NCBI GenBank assembly: GCA_031370785.1
Contig: JANMQY010000090.1
Location: forward strand, 1 to 64,000
Length of the DNA: 64,000 nt
Direction of reading: 5' to 3'
DNA from: Candidatus Eiseniibacteriota bacterium
Lineage (GTDB): Bacteria > Eisenbacteria > RBG-16-71-46
The notes beneath the pieces were generated by a model. It saw only the letters and a program-made list of their open reading frames with translations. It had not been told where the DNA came from and ran no database searches. Positions 17,478-26,744 of the stretch are shown piece by piece. Made by a program: the position numbers and the translations under genes. The first letter of the stretch is position 1; each line of letters opens with the position of its first letter.

Positions 17478-19607
17478 GTGAAGCGCACGAAATCCCCTTC
17501 CTCCACGACCGCTCGCCGCGCGGCGCGGCCCGCTCGGACTGCTGCCGCCGAGCCGCAGGCCGGCTCGGCAATCGGCGCGGCCGGCGCGCTCGCGCTGATC
17601 CTGGGCGCGGCGTTCTGGCTGCACCGCCCGGCGCTTCGCGCGCCATTCTTTGCCGACGATTACCTGTTTCTGGACCAGGTGCGCGGTCGGAACCTGATCG
17701 CGGCCCTGCTCGCTCCCGATCCGATCGGCAACTTCATGCGCCCGGTCGGGCGCGCGTTCGATTTCTGGGTGCTGTCGCACATGGGCGGGGAGTCGCCTTT
17801 CGTATTCCACGTCGCGAACCTCGTGCTGTTCCTGGGCGCAGTCGCGCTGCTGTTCGTGATCGTGCGCCGGCTGGCCGGAGGTCGCGCCGCGGCGGTCGCT
17901 GCCGCATTCCTCGCCCTCAGTCACGCCGCCGATGTGCCGCTGCGCTGGGCCTCGGGCGCACAGGATCTGCTCGCGTTGTTCTTCGCGCTGGCTGCGATCG
18001 CACTCCATCAGCGCGGGCGGGGTGGATGGGCTGCGATCTGCTTTGCGCTGGGAATGCTCTCCAAGGAGACGATCGTCTTCACGCCGTTCATCGCGGTGCT
18101 GGTCGACAGCTCGGGCGGGTGGATCGCGAGCCGGCTGCGCCGCGCATGGCCGCTGTTTGTCGCGCTGATCGCCTGGCTCGCGCTCTGGCTGGCGACCGCG
18201 CAACTGAGGCCGGCCGCGGCGGGCGTCGTGCACCTGGATCTGGTCGGCGCACCGGCGGCGTTCGCGCATCTGGTTCAGACCGCGATTGGCCTCGAGTGGG
18301 CGAAGGGCACACCTTCGTCACACATGACCATGCCGCCCTGGGGACCGATCGTGCTCGCGTTCGCGGCGATCGCGCTGGCGTGGTCGGTATTCCGCGCCAC
18401 TCGCGCACGCGGCGCCGCGCGCGATACCACCGATCGCCTCATGATCGCTCTGATCGGGCTCGCGTGGGCGGCGCTCGGCGCACTGCCGGTCGCCGCGGTG
18501 GCCTCGATCTGGAGCGCGTACTACTACCTGTTTGCGCTGTGCGGGGTCGCGCTCGTACTGGGCGCGGTCGTGGCGCGCTGGCCGCGCGCGCTCGCGCTGG
18601 CTCTGATCGGCGTGCTGGCGTGGAGTTCCGAGAGCGTCCGCCGTGCGCCCTCGTTTGCCACCGTGCCTGGCGTGTGGACGACCCGCTCGCACGTGAGCGT
18701 CGCTTATCTCGAGCGATCCGCCTCGCTGGTCAGCGGCTACCTCGCGCGATTGCGGGCGGCGCGTCCGACTTTGCCGCCGAACGCGACGCTGTTCTTCCGT
18801 GGCGTGCCGGCCTTCGCTGGGTGGCAGGCGGGGAACGGCGCGCTTCAGCGCTGGGCGTATCGCGACACCAGCGTGCGTTCGTATTACCTCGCCGAATTCA
18901 CCGCCGACCGCGCCCGTCGCGGTCCGTTGTACTTCTTCTCCTCCGAAGGTGACTCGCTCACGGAGATCTGGAAGAAAATCTCGCCCTATCAGCAGATCGC
19001 ATTCTCGATGACCGCCGAGGATCGCCCGCAGGCGGCACGCGATGCGATGCTGATCGCTCAGGAGCGCGGGGCGTTCGACAACGAGGCGGCCTACCTGTGG
19101 GCGTGGAACGAGTGGGCGCTCGGCCATCGCGACAGGGCGGCCGAGCTGCTGAGTGGGCTCGGCATGAAACCCGACGCCGAACCTTCGCCGCAGGCCGGAC
19201 GCGCGCAACGCATGCTCGCGCTCTACAGCGACACCGTGACCGCTCTCGACATGCTGCGGCAGGCGAGATACCACCACACGCTCAATCCAGCGATTCACGC
19301 CCGGCTCGCGGACCTGCTTCTGGCGCGCAGGGGAACCGATGCCGAGGCATACATCGAGGCGTACGCGGCCCACGTCCTCGAGCCCGACAGTCCATCCGCG
19401 CTCCGGCGCTGGGCGGGCGTGCAGCTCCGTCTCAAGCGCTACCGCCAGGCGCTCGCAACGCTGGAGCGCTACTTTGCTTTCGCCGGCGCGAGCGCGAACG
19501 AGGACGAGGAGGCGAAGGCATGGAGGCAGGAGCTGACTCGTCTGCTGCGAACGGATGTGGGGGTGATTCCGCAGAAAGCTGCCGGCGCGGGCCCGAATCG
19601 GCGGTGA
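17478..19607 (+). CDS. Polytopic membrane protein, GT-C (ArnT/PMT-like) glycosyltransferase-like, with TPR-like C-terminus
   Basis: FFADDYLFL...FMRPV first-loop motif, FHVANLVL, LSKET, about 11 TM segments, helical tail. Confidence 0.6.
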   Translation: MKRTKSPSSTTARRAARPARTAAAEPQAGSAIGAAGALALILGAAFWLHRPALRAPFFADDYLFLDQVRGRNLIAALLAPDPIGNFMRPVGRAFDFWVLSHMGGESPFVFHVANLVLFLGAVALLFVIVRRLAGGRAAAVAAAFLALSHAADVPLRWASGAQDLLALFFALAAIALHQRGRGGWAAICFALGMLSKETIVFTPFIAVLVDSSGGWIASRLRRAWPLFVALIAWLALWLATAQLRPAAAGVVHLDLVGAPAAFAHLVQTAIGLEWAKGTPSSHMTMPPWGPIVLAFAAIALAWSVFRATRARGAARDTTDRLMIALIGLAWAALGALPVAAVASIWSAYYYLFALCGVALVLGAVVARWPRALALALIGVLAWSSESVRRAPSFATVPGVWTTRSHVSVAYLERSASLVSGYLARLRAARPTLPPNATLFFRGVPAFAGWQAGNGALQRWAYRDTSVRSYYLAEFTADRARRGPLYFFSSEGDSLTEIWKKISPYQQIAFSMTAEDRPQAARDAMLIAQERGAFDNEAAYLWAWNEWALGHRDRAAELLSGLGMKPDAEPSPQAGRAQRMLALYSDTVTALDMLRQARYHHTLNPAIHARLADLLLARRGTDAEAYIEAYAAHVLEPDSPSALRRWAGVQLRLKRYRQALATLERYFAFAGASANEDEEAKAWRQELTRLLRTDVGVIPQKAAGAGPNRR

Positions 19608-19756
19608 AACGGGGGGGTGCGCCGCTCGTCGCCCGCGAGAATTCGAACTCCTGTCCCGTCCTCTCGGGCACTACAATCGCGACGGCGCCATCGTAGACGT
19701 CATCTCGCGGTTCAGCCTCGCGCGCAGAAGTCCACACCTCAGCCATCGGAGGTTCC

Positions 19757-20320
19757 GTGCGCCCTCAACCCGCAGGTGCTGTTGCATTCGTCACGCTGTT
19801 TTCCGCGCTGTGGTTCTCGGTGCGGGCGGAAGCAATTCCGTATCGCTGGCCGGTGAAGACCGGCACCGATGCGGGCGCAAAGCTCGCACATCCGAAGAAG
19901 ACGCCCTCGATCGCTCAACTCGCCAGGGTCAAGCGCCCGGCGGGAATCAAGACCACGACCCTGCGCCTGGCGCCGGTCGAACAGACGATCTACACCGTCA
20001 AGGCGAAGCTGCTGCTGTGTCGCCGCGAAGCGGACGGCGACTACCATCTGGTGCTGCAGGATCTCGCGACCGACTCCACGATCGTCGCCGAGATCCCGGA
20101 TCCGACCAGGGTCAGCACCGCGAGCCCGTGGAAGAGCCTGATCAGGAAGGCTCGCACGTCATTCGCCGCCCAGTTTCATCCGACCAGCGCGAGAAAGGAT
20201 GAAGGGCTCATGCTGATCACGGTGCGGGGCGTGGGCTTCTTCGACAAGAGACACGACTCGGAGGGCGCGGCGCTAAACGGGCTCGAGCTGCATCCGATCC
20301 TGAGCTACTCGACGCCTTAG
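19757..20320 (+). CDS. Secreted basic hypothetical protein, probable OB-fold
   Basis: Signal peptide; RWPVKTGTD, EADGDYHLVL, VAEIP, VRGVGFFD, GLELHP. Confidence 0.55.
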   Translation: MRPQPAGAVAFVTLFSALWFSVRAEAIPYRWPVKTGTDAGAKLAHPKKTPSIAQLARVKRPAGIKTTTLRLAPVEQTIYTVKAKLLLCRREADGDYHLVLQDLATDSTIVAEIPDPTRVSTASPWKSLIRKARTSFAAQFHPTSARKDEGLMLITVRGVGFFDKRHDSEGAALNGLELHPILSYSTP

Positions 20321-20341
20321 GACGGACCGGCACCGCACTTG

Positions 20342-20839
20342 ATGCCCGAATCTCTGCGCACTCGCGTTGCTCGATGGTCGTTCAACTGGTTTCCCGCCTA
20401 CCGCGGCACCGGCGGCGAGATCACCCACATCGCGGCGGACTGGAGCGAGGTGCGACTGCGGCTGCCGCTCAATCGGCGTACACGGAACTACGTCGGCACG
20501 ATCTTCGGCGGCAGTATGTACGGCGCGGTGGATCCCATCTATATGGTGATGCTGATCCAGCTGCTGGGCCCGACCTACGTGGTCTGGGACAAATCAGCCA
20601 CCATCCGCTTCTGGCGCCCCGGTCGTGAAACCCTGTACGCCACGTTCCGGATTCCGCCGGAAGAACTGGCCGCGCTGCGCGCAGAAGTGGACCGGACCGG
20701 CAAGCTCGAGAGGGAATTCGCCGTCGATCTGGTGAGCGCCTCGGGCGAAGTGCACGCGAGCTGCCAGAAGCTGCTGAGCGTCCGGCGGCGCGAGGGAGAA
20801 GGCGCTGCGAGGGAAGCCTCTGCGCCGCGCAGCGCCTGA
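20342..20839 (+). CDS. Hotdog-fold thioesterase-like protein (DUF4442/PaaI-like)
   Basis: RNYVGTIFGGSMYGAVDP and VVWDKSATIRF. Confidence 0.85.
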   Translation: MPESLRTRVARWSFNWFPAYRGTGGEITHIAADWSEVRLRLPLNRRTRNYVGTIFGGSMYGAVDPIYMVMLIQLLGPTYVVWDKSATIRFWRPGRETLYATFRIPPEELAALRAEVDRTGKLEREFAVDLVSASGEVHASCQKLLSVRRREGEGAAREASAPRSA

Positions 20840-20860
20840 GCGCACGCGGGGCTGCTCGCC

Positions 20861-20890
20861 TTGACCGACAGGGCGCGGGTCGGATATAAA
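20861..20890 (+). promoter_or_regulatory. Putative sigma70 promoter of tRNA-Ala
   Basis: TTGACC-N18-TATAAA, 36 nt upstream of the tRNA. Confidence 0.55.
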
Positions 20891-20926
20891 CGTTGCCGCG
20901 CAAACTCAGTGCGAAACTGCTTGCGT

Positions 20927-21002
<76 letters not shown>

Positions 21003-21073
21003 TTCCTGGTCGCAATCCGCTAGCTTCGACTCGCCCGTTCCGGTTGCCGGAGCGGGCGATCTCTTACAGGCGC

Positions 21074-21655
21074 TCAGCTCGGCGGTAATCGGGGCGGCTC
21101 GGCGACCGGCTCGCTCATGAGCCGCGCGAGCAGCTCCTGCGTGGCGGGAGCGAACCAGTCCACCTCGCCGGCCTGCGCGACGGCGATCCGGCCGCGCCGG
21201 TCGAGCACGTAGGTGTAAGGCAGGCTCGGGCAGGGGAGAGCCGCAGCCAGACGCCGGTCGCGGTCGAGCACGACATCGAGACGAAACCGCTGGCGTGCGA
21301 CGTAGCGCGCGACCGACGGGAAGGGATCGAAGCACACCACCTCGACTCGCAGGGGCGCAAAGGCCTCGAGTCGGCGCAGCGAGTCGAGCGCGGTCGCCTG
21401 GGCGAGCGCGCGTCGCTCCCACGGCGCCCAGAAGTGCACGATCATCACGCCTTCGCCGGCGCGCAGGCGCGTCGATCCGATCGGCACCGCGGGAAGCGTG
21501 ACGTCGAGCGCAACCGCGCGGCGCGACTCGGCCGGGATCGCATCCAGCGGGCGTGGCGATGCGCCCGGGCGACTCACCACAAAGAGCTGCGTGCGCCACC
21601 CCAGCAGTGCGATGACCACGACCAGCACCGCGGCGAGCCGCACGCGCAGGGTCAC
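21074..21655 (-). CDS. Membrane-anchored TlpA-like thioredoxin-fold protein lacking CxxC
   Basis: N-terminal TM; VMIVHFWAPWERRA; LPYTYVLDRRGRI. GTG start overlaps the cstA stop. Confidence 0.7.
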   Translation of the reverse strand: MTLRVRLAAVLVVVIALLGWRTQLFVVSRPGASPRPLDAIPAESRRAVALDVTLPAVPIGSTRLRAGEGVMIVHFWAPWERRALAQATALDSLRRLEAFAPLRVEVVCFDPFPSVARYVARQRFRLDVVLDRDRRLAAALPCPSLPYTYVLDRRGRIAVAQAGEVDWFAPATQELLARLMSEPVAEPPRLPPS

Positions 21656-23520
21656 GATCCGGGCGCACCTTCCAACGCCGGGCCGCCGGGGCGAACCTCG
21701 GCCACCACGCGCGGGCGACCGAGCACGCCGGTCCAGCGCAGAATGCTGTCGATCATCACCACGACCAGCAGCGCCATGAGCGCGAGCGTGACCACGCACT
21801 GGATCTGCGCGGCGGGCGGCGCGAGCTGGAACGCGCGCCACAGGGTCGGCGCGCCGGCCTTGATCTGCGGGCGAAGGTAGTTGACGGCAAGGTTCATCCA
21901 CCCGGCGGTGAGCGTGTTCACGCACATGAAGCCGAGCGGGACCAGCGTGCACGCGATGTAGCGCGCCTTGCCCATGTTGATGAGCACCGAAGTTCCGATC
22001 GCGAGCGCAAAGGCGGCGAGCAGCTGATTGCTCACGCCGAGCATGGGCCAGATGTTGCTGACCGTGCCGGTCCAGACGAAGTAGCCCCAGCCCGCGACCG
22101 CGAGCGCGCTGAACAGGACGGCAGGGGCGAGCCCGCTCCAGGTGCGCAGCGCGGGCACGGCCATGCCGCCGACCTCCTGCAGCATGTAGCGGGTGACGCG
22201 CGTGCCGGTATCGATCAGGGTGAGCACGAACATCGCTTCGAACATGATCGCGAAGTGGTACCAGAACGCCATCAGCCCGCGCAGCCACGGCAGGCTGCTG
22301 AAGATCTGCGCCATGCCGACCGCCAGCGACACCGCGCCGCCCGGCCGGCCGGTCAGGTGCTCGCCGACCTGCGCCTCGAGCGCGGGCAGGTGACGCACCG
22401 CCATGCCGAGCCCCGCGAACACTTCGGGCCTGGTGTTGATCGCGAAGTAGTCGCCGGGTTCGAGCGCGCAGGCCGCGATCAGCGCGATCACGCCGACGAA
22501 GCCCTCGAGAACCATCGCGCCATAGGAGATGGGGAGGATGTGGCGCTCGCGATCGATCATCTTGGGCGTGGTGCCGGAGGCGATCAGCGAGTGGAACCCC
22601 GAGATCGCGCCGCACGCGATGGTGATGAACACGAACGGAAACACCGGCCCGGGAATGATCGGGCCGCCGCCATGGATGAACGGGGTCAGCGCCGGCATGT
22701 GCAGGCGCGGATTCACCACGATCACGCCGACCGCGAGCAACAGGACCGCACCGATCTTCATGAATGAGGAGAGATAGTCGCGCGGACAGAGCAGAAGCCA
22801 TACCGGAAGCACCGAGGCGATGAAGCCGTAGGCCATCAGCGCCATCGAGATGTTCTGCTCCGGATGCACGAACAACGGCTGGAAGCGGGAATGCTGCACC
22901 CACGCTCCCGCGCCGACCGCGATCAACAACAGGATCACGCCCGCGATGGTCACGGTCCTGATCGCTCCCGGGCGGATGTAGCGCGTCCATAGGCCCATGC
23001 CAAGCGCGATCGGGATCGTGCAGCCGATGCTGAACACCCCCCACGCGCTCTCCTTGAGCGAGTTGACGACCACCAGCGCCATCGCCGCCAGCGCAACGGT
23101 CATTACGAACACGATCGCGATCGCGGTCGCCACGCCGGTCACGGGGCTCACCTGCTCGCGCGCGATGTTGGCGAGCGAGCGCCCGCCGCTGCGCACCGAG
23201 GCGGTGAGGATCACGAAGTCGTGGACGCCGCCTGCCAGCACCGAGCCGACCAGCAGCCACAGGAACCCGGGCAGATACCCGAACTGCGCGGCCAGCACCG
23301 GGCCGATCAGCGGGCCGGCGCCTGCGATCGCAGCGAAGTGGTGGCCGAACAGCACCAGCGGATGGGTCGGGACGTAATCGCGGCCGTCGGTCCGGGTGTG
23401 TGCAGGTGTGAGGCGCAGGTCATCGAGGGTCGCAACCCTGGCCGCGAGGAACGCGCCATAGGTGCGATACGCGATCAACGCGGCCAGCGCCGAAATGATG
23501 ACGAGATAGAGTGCGGGCAC
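21652..23520 (-). CDS. cstA: Carbon starvation protein A family peptide/pyruvate transporter
   Basis: DGRDYVPT, LFGHHFAAIAGAGPLIGP, PRDYLS, TIACGAISGFHSL. Confidence 0.95.
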   Translation of the reverse strand: MPALYLVIISALAALIAYRTYGAFLAARVATLDDLRLTPAHTRTDGRDYVPTHPLVLFGHHFAAIAGAGPLIGPVLAAQFGYLPGFLWLLVGSVLAGGVHDFVILTASVRSGGRSLANIAREQVSPVTGVATAIAIVFVMTVALAAMALVVVNSLKESAWGVFSIGCTIPIALGMGLWTRYIRPGAIRTVTIAGVILLLIAVGAGAWVQHSRFQPLFVHPEQNISMALMAYGFIASVLPVWLLLCPRDYLSSFMKIGAVLLLAVGVIVVNPRLHMPALTPFIHGGGPIIPGPVFPFVFITIACGAISGFHSLIASGTTPKMIDRERHILPISYGAMVLEGFVGVIALIAACALEPGDYFAINTRPEVFAGLGMAVRHLPALEAQVGEHLTGRPGGAVSLAVGMAQIFSSLPWLRGLMAFWYHFAIMFEAMFVLTLIDTGTRVTRYMLQEVGGMAVPALRTWSGLAPAVLFSALAVAGWGYFVWTGTVSNIWPMLGVSNQLLAAFALAIGTSVLINMGKARYIACTLVPLGFMCVNTLTAGWMNLAVNYLRPQIKAGAPTLWRAFQLAPPAAQIQCVVTLALMALLVVVMIDSILRWTGVLGRPRVVAEVRPGGPALEGAPGS

Positions 23521-23626
23521 GGGGAGATCTCCGAAGGCCTGGACGCGGACGGGACCGCGCGGAGTCTAGCGGGAGGCGCGCCCGGGAAACAAGACTTCGA
23601 AGTCGACAGGCTTTGGCCCCTACCGA

Positions 23627-24595
23627 TCAGGCGGCCCGGGTCGCCTCGTCGGTTGCGCTCTCGAGCGTCTCGCCGCCGTAGAGCCCGACGAACACGTCGA
23701 CCACCGCGGGATCGAACTGCGAGCCAGCCTCGTCGCGGATGATCTTGACCGCCTCCGCGTGGGTGCGGCCTTTGCGATACGCGCGGTCGATCACGATCGC
23801 ATCGTAGGTGTCGGCCACCGCGATGATGCGCGCGCCCATCGGAATCGCGGCGCCTTTGAGCCCCTTGTAGCCGGTGCCGTCCCAGCGCTCGTGATGGTAG
23901 GCCACCATCGGGATTACGTGCTTCAGGATGCCGCCCATCGAGCGCACCATGCTCTCGCCCTTGTCGACGTGGCCCTTCATCTCGTCCATCTCGGACTGGG
24001 TCAGCCCGGCCGCCTTGCGCAGCACATCGGTGCTGATGTCCACCTTGCCGATATCGTGTAGGTAGGCGCCGATCCGGATGTCTTCGATGTCGCTCTCGGC
24101 GAGATTCATGGTGCGCGCGATCTCGACCGAATAGTCGCCGACCCTGCGCGAGTGGTTCTCGGTGTAGCGATCGACCGAATCGATGAACTTGGACATGATC
24201 TGGATGATGCCCTGGTAGGCATCGCGAATCTCGCGCAGCTGCGATTCCTTCTGCTCGTAGAGCGAGCCGACCACGTAGGAGGTCAGCACCAGGAAACAGG
24301 CCCAGGTGCCGAGGTCGAGCCAGCGCATCCATTGCTCGGGGTCGTTGGCCACGAACTGGTGCGGGCTGACGAGTGCGATCCCGAAGACGATGGCGCACGA
24401 GAGCAGCGCCGAGTAGACGCCCTTGCGCAGCCCCATCGTGTAGGCGCCGAAGACGACCGGCAGGTAGTAGAAGTTCAGGAAGGCGCGCTGGTTGATCACG
24501 AAGAAATTGATGGTGCCGGTCACGAGCACGATGCTGAGCAGCACCAGCAGCCCACGGTTGACCCGCCACATATTGCGGAGGCGATGCGGCTTCAC
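23627..24595 (-). CDS. Membrane-bound HD-GYP phosphodiesterase-like protein
   Basis: About 4 TM; YTENHSRRV, LHDIGK, HHERWDGTGYKGL, RIIAVADTYDA, GSQFDP. Confidence 0.9.
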   Translation of the reverse strand: MKPHRLRNMWRVNRGLLVLLSIVLVTGTINFFVINQRAFLNFYYLPVVFGAYTMGLRKGVYSALLSCAIVFGIALVSPHQFVANDPEQWMRWLDLGTWACFLVLTSYVVGSLYEQKESQLREIRDAYQGIIQIMSKFIDSVDRYTENHSRRVGDYSVEIARTMNLAESDIEDIRIGAYLHDIGKVDISTDVLRKAAGLTQSEMDEMKGHVDKGESMVRSMGGILKHVIPMVAYHHERWDGTGYKGLKGAAIPMGARIIAVADTYDAIVIDRAYRKGRTHAEAVKIIRDEAGSQFDPAVVDVFVGLYGGETLESATDEATRAA

Positions 24596-26580
24596 GACGC
24601 TTTCCTCTGCGGCGCGACGCTCACCCGCCTGGAACGCGGGCGCACAACCGTGACCGGCTCGGGCTTGGTGTGGCCGTTCACCGGTGTCGCTTCATCTGAT
24701 CCCGCGGCGTCCTCGCCGCAGTGTGGGCAGAACGTCCATGACGGCTCCAGCCGGCGCTTGCAGCTCTCGCAGTGCTCGCCCACGAACTCGCCGCAGAGCG
24801 GGCAGTACTCGAACTCCTTGTTCACCACGTTCCGGCAGCCGGTGCACACCTTCATCGGTTGCTCCGCGAGGTATACGACGCGCGTGATCTCCTCGAGCGT
24901 GGTGAGCCCGTTCATCACCTTGCGCAGTCCATCCTCGCCGATCGAACGCATTCCACCCTCGACCGCGGCCTGACGGATGGCGGAGTCGGGGGAGTTGGCG
25001 ACGATCAGGCCACGGATGTTCTCGTTTACTTCCAGGGTCTCGAAGATTCCTGTTCGGCCGAGATAGCCGGTCTCGTGACAGTGCGCACATCCGCGACCGC
25101 GGTGCAGCGTGACCGAGCCACCCTCGGGCAGGGTCGCGCCCAGTCGGTTGAGGTTCGAGGCCGGCGCTTCGTACGGCTCGGTGCAGCGCGGGCACAGCGT
25201 GCGCACCAGCCGCATGCTCACCACTCCGAGCAGGGAGGAGGCAACCATGAACGGTTCGAGCCCGAGGTCGATCAGCCGGGTCACCGCGCTCGCGGCGTCG
25301 TTGGTGTGCACGGTGGTCAGTACCAGGTGGCCGGTGACCGAGGCACGGAATGCGATCTGCGCGGTCTCCTTGTCGCGGATCTCTCCGATCATGATCACGT
25401 CCGGATCCTGACGGAGGATGGCGCGCAGCGCGCTCGGGAAGGTCTTCTTCGCCTTCTCGTCGACCTGCACCTGATTGATGCCCGCCATCTGATACTCGAC
25501 CGGATCCTCGACGGTGACGATGTTCTTGGTCTCGTGCTGGATGTAGCGCAACGCGGAGTACAGGAGCGTCGACTTGCCCGAGCCGGTGGGCCCGGTCACG
25601 AGCAGGATGCCCTGCGGCCGTTCCAGGTAGCGCTTGAGGCGCGAGAGATCGTCCTCGTGGAAGCCGATCTCGGTCAACCCGATCGCATTGCGCTTCTGAT
25701 CGACGATACGGATCACGACCTTCTCGCCGTTGGTGATCGGCAGGGTCGAGACGCGCATGTCGACGCGCTGCCCGCGGATCTCGACCATGAGGCGCCCGTC
25801 CTGAGGCTGGCGCTTTTCTGCGATGTCGAGATTCGAAAGCACCTTGATGCGCGAGACGATCGCGCCCTGCGTCCACTTGGGCAGGCGCTGGACCTCCTGC
25901 AGCAGGCCGTCGATCCGGAAGCGCACCACCAGATCCTTGTCCTGGGGTTCGATGTGCACGTCGCTTGCGCGCTCCTCGAGCGCTCGATGGAGCAGCCAGT
26001 TGGTCAGGCGCACGATCGGGCGGCCCTCGGCCTCCTTGATGAGGTCGTCGATGGCCGCAACCTGCTCCTCGTCGTCGATGGTCGCGACCACCAGCTCATC
26101 CTCGGAGTGAATGATGTTCTGGATGACCTCGTTCATCGAGTTGTCGATGTGGTAGTAGCGCTCGATCGACTCGTGGATCTGCAGGGTCCGGGCCAGCACC
26201 GGCTTGATGAACATGCCGGCGTGGAAGCGCAGGTCCTCGAGCGCGGCGACGTTGAGCGGATCGGCCATGGCCACGACCAGCGTCGAGCGGCTCTCGACCT
26301 CGACCGGCATGGCGACGTACTTCTTCGCCACGTCCTCCTTGACCAGCGCCAGAACCGCCTCGTCGATCACCACGTCGTTCAGGTCCACCAGAGGGAGCCC
26401 AAGCTGCTGCTGGAGGTGCTTGAGCATGATCTCCTCTGTGATGGCGCCGAGCCGGATGAGCGTCGCCCCGAGAAGCTGCCCGGTGCGACGCTGTTCGGCG
26501 ACCGCGTCGGAGAGCTGCTGAGGCGTGATCAACTTCTCGTCGAGCAGAACGTCGCCCAGACGCTTGTGTTCCTTCGCCAT
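24592..26580 (-). CDS. PilB/GspE-family ATPase with MshEN N-terminus and C-terminal double zinc ribbon
   Basis: RLGDVLLDEKLIT...LLGATLIRLG; Walker A GPTGSGKS; TVEDPVE; LRQDPDVIMIGEIRD; four extra CxxC pairs at the C-terminus. Confidence 0.92.
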   Translation of the reverse strand: MAKEHKRLGDVLLDEKLITPQQLSDAVAEQRRTGQLLGATLIRLGAITEEIMLKHLQQQLGLPLVDLNDVVIDEAVLALVKEDVAKKYVAMPVEVESRSTLVVAMADPLNVAALEDLRFHAGMFIKPVLARTLQIHESIERYYHIDNSMNEVIQNIIHSEDELVVATIDDEEQVAAIDDLIKEAEGRPIVRLTNWLLHRALEERASDVHIEPQDKDLVVRFRIDGLLQEVQRLPKWTQGAIVSRIKVLSNLDIAEKRQPQDGRLMVEIRGQRVDMRVSTLPITNGEKVVIRIVDQKRNAIGLTEIGFHEDDLSRLKRYLERPQGILLVTGPTGSGKSTLLYSALRYIQHETKNIVTVEDPVEYQMAGINQVQVDEKAKKTFPSALRAILRQDPDVIMIGEIRDKETAQIAFRASVTGHLVLTTVHTNDAASAVTRLIDLGLEPFMVASSLLGVVSMRLVRTLCPRCTEPYEAPASNLNRLGATLPEGGSVTLHRGRGCAHCHETGYLGRTGIFETLEVNENIRGLIVANSPDSAIRQAAVEGGMRSIGEDGLRKVMNGLTTLEEITRVVYLAEQPMKVCTGCRNVVNKEFEYCPLCGEFVGEHCESCKRRLEPSWTFCPHCGEDAAGSDEATPVNGHTKPEPVTVVRPRSRRVSVAPQRKAS

Positions 26581-26744
26581 CCGTCGCTCCGTGGTGCGGG
26601 GGAAATCGGTGGGATCGGCCCGCACCATTTATCGGCAGCATCGACCCCGGAATTGACCGCGATTTGAGCGGGCAGAACCGCATGCGACAGCGGTTCCGCG
26701 CCCTCTTGGTTCCTCGCTCGCGGGCATGTTAGGTTGCCTCGGCC

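Noticed and set aside
16758..18269. 503-aa minus-strand ORF spanning the tRNA
   Set aside because: It crosses tRNA-Leu and is antisense to a real gene; only its last ~50 codons (the YceI remnant) look protein-like.
21405..21435. Selenocysteine in the redoxin active site
   Set aside because: No in-frame TGA; the codons read W-E-R-R-A.
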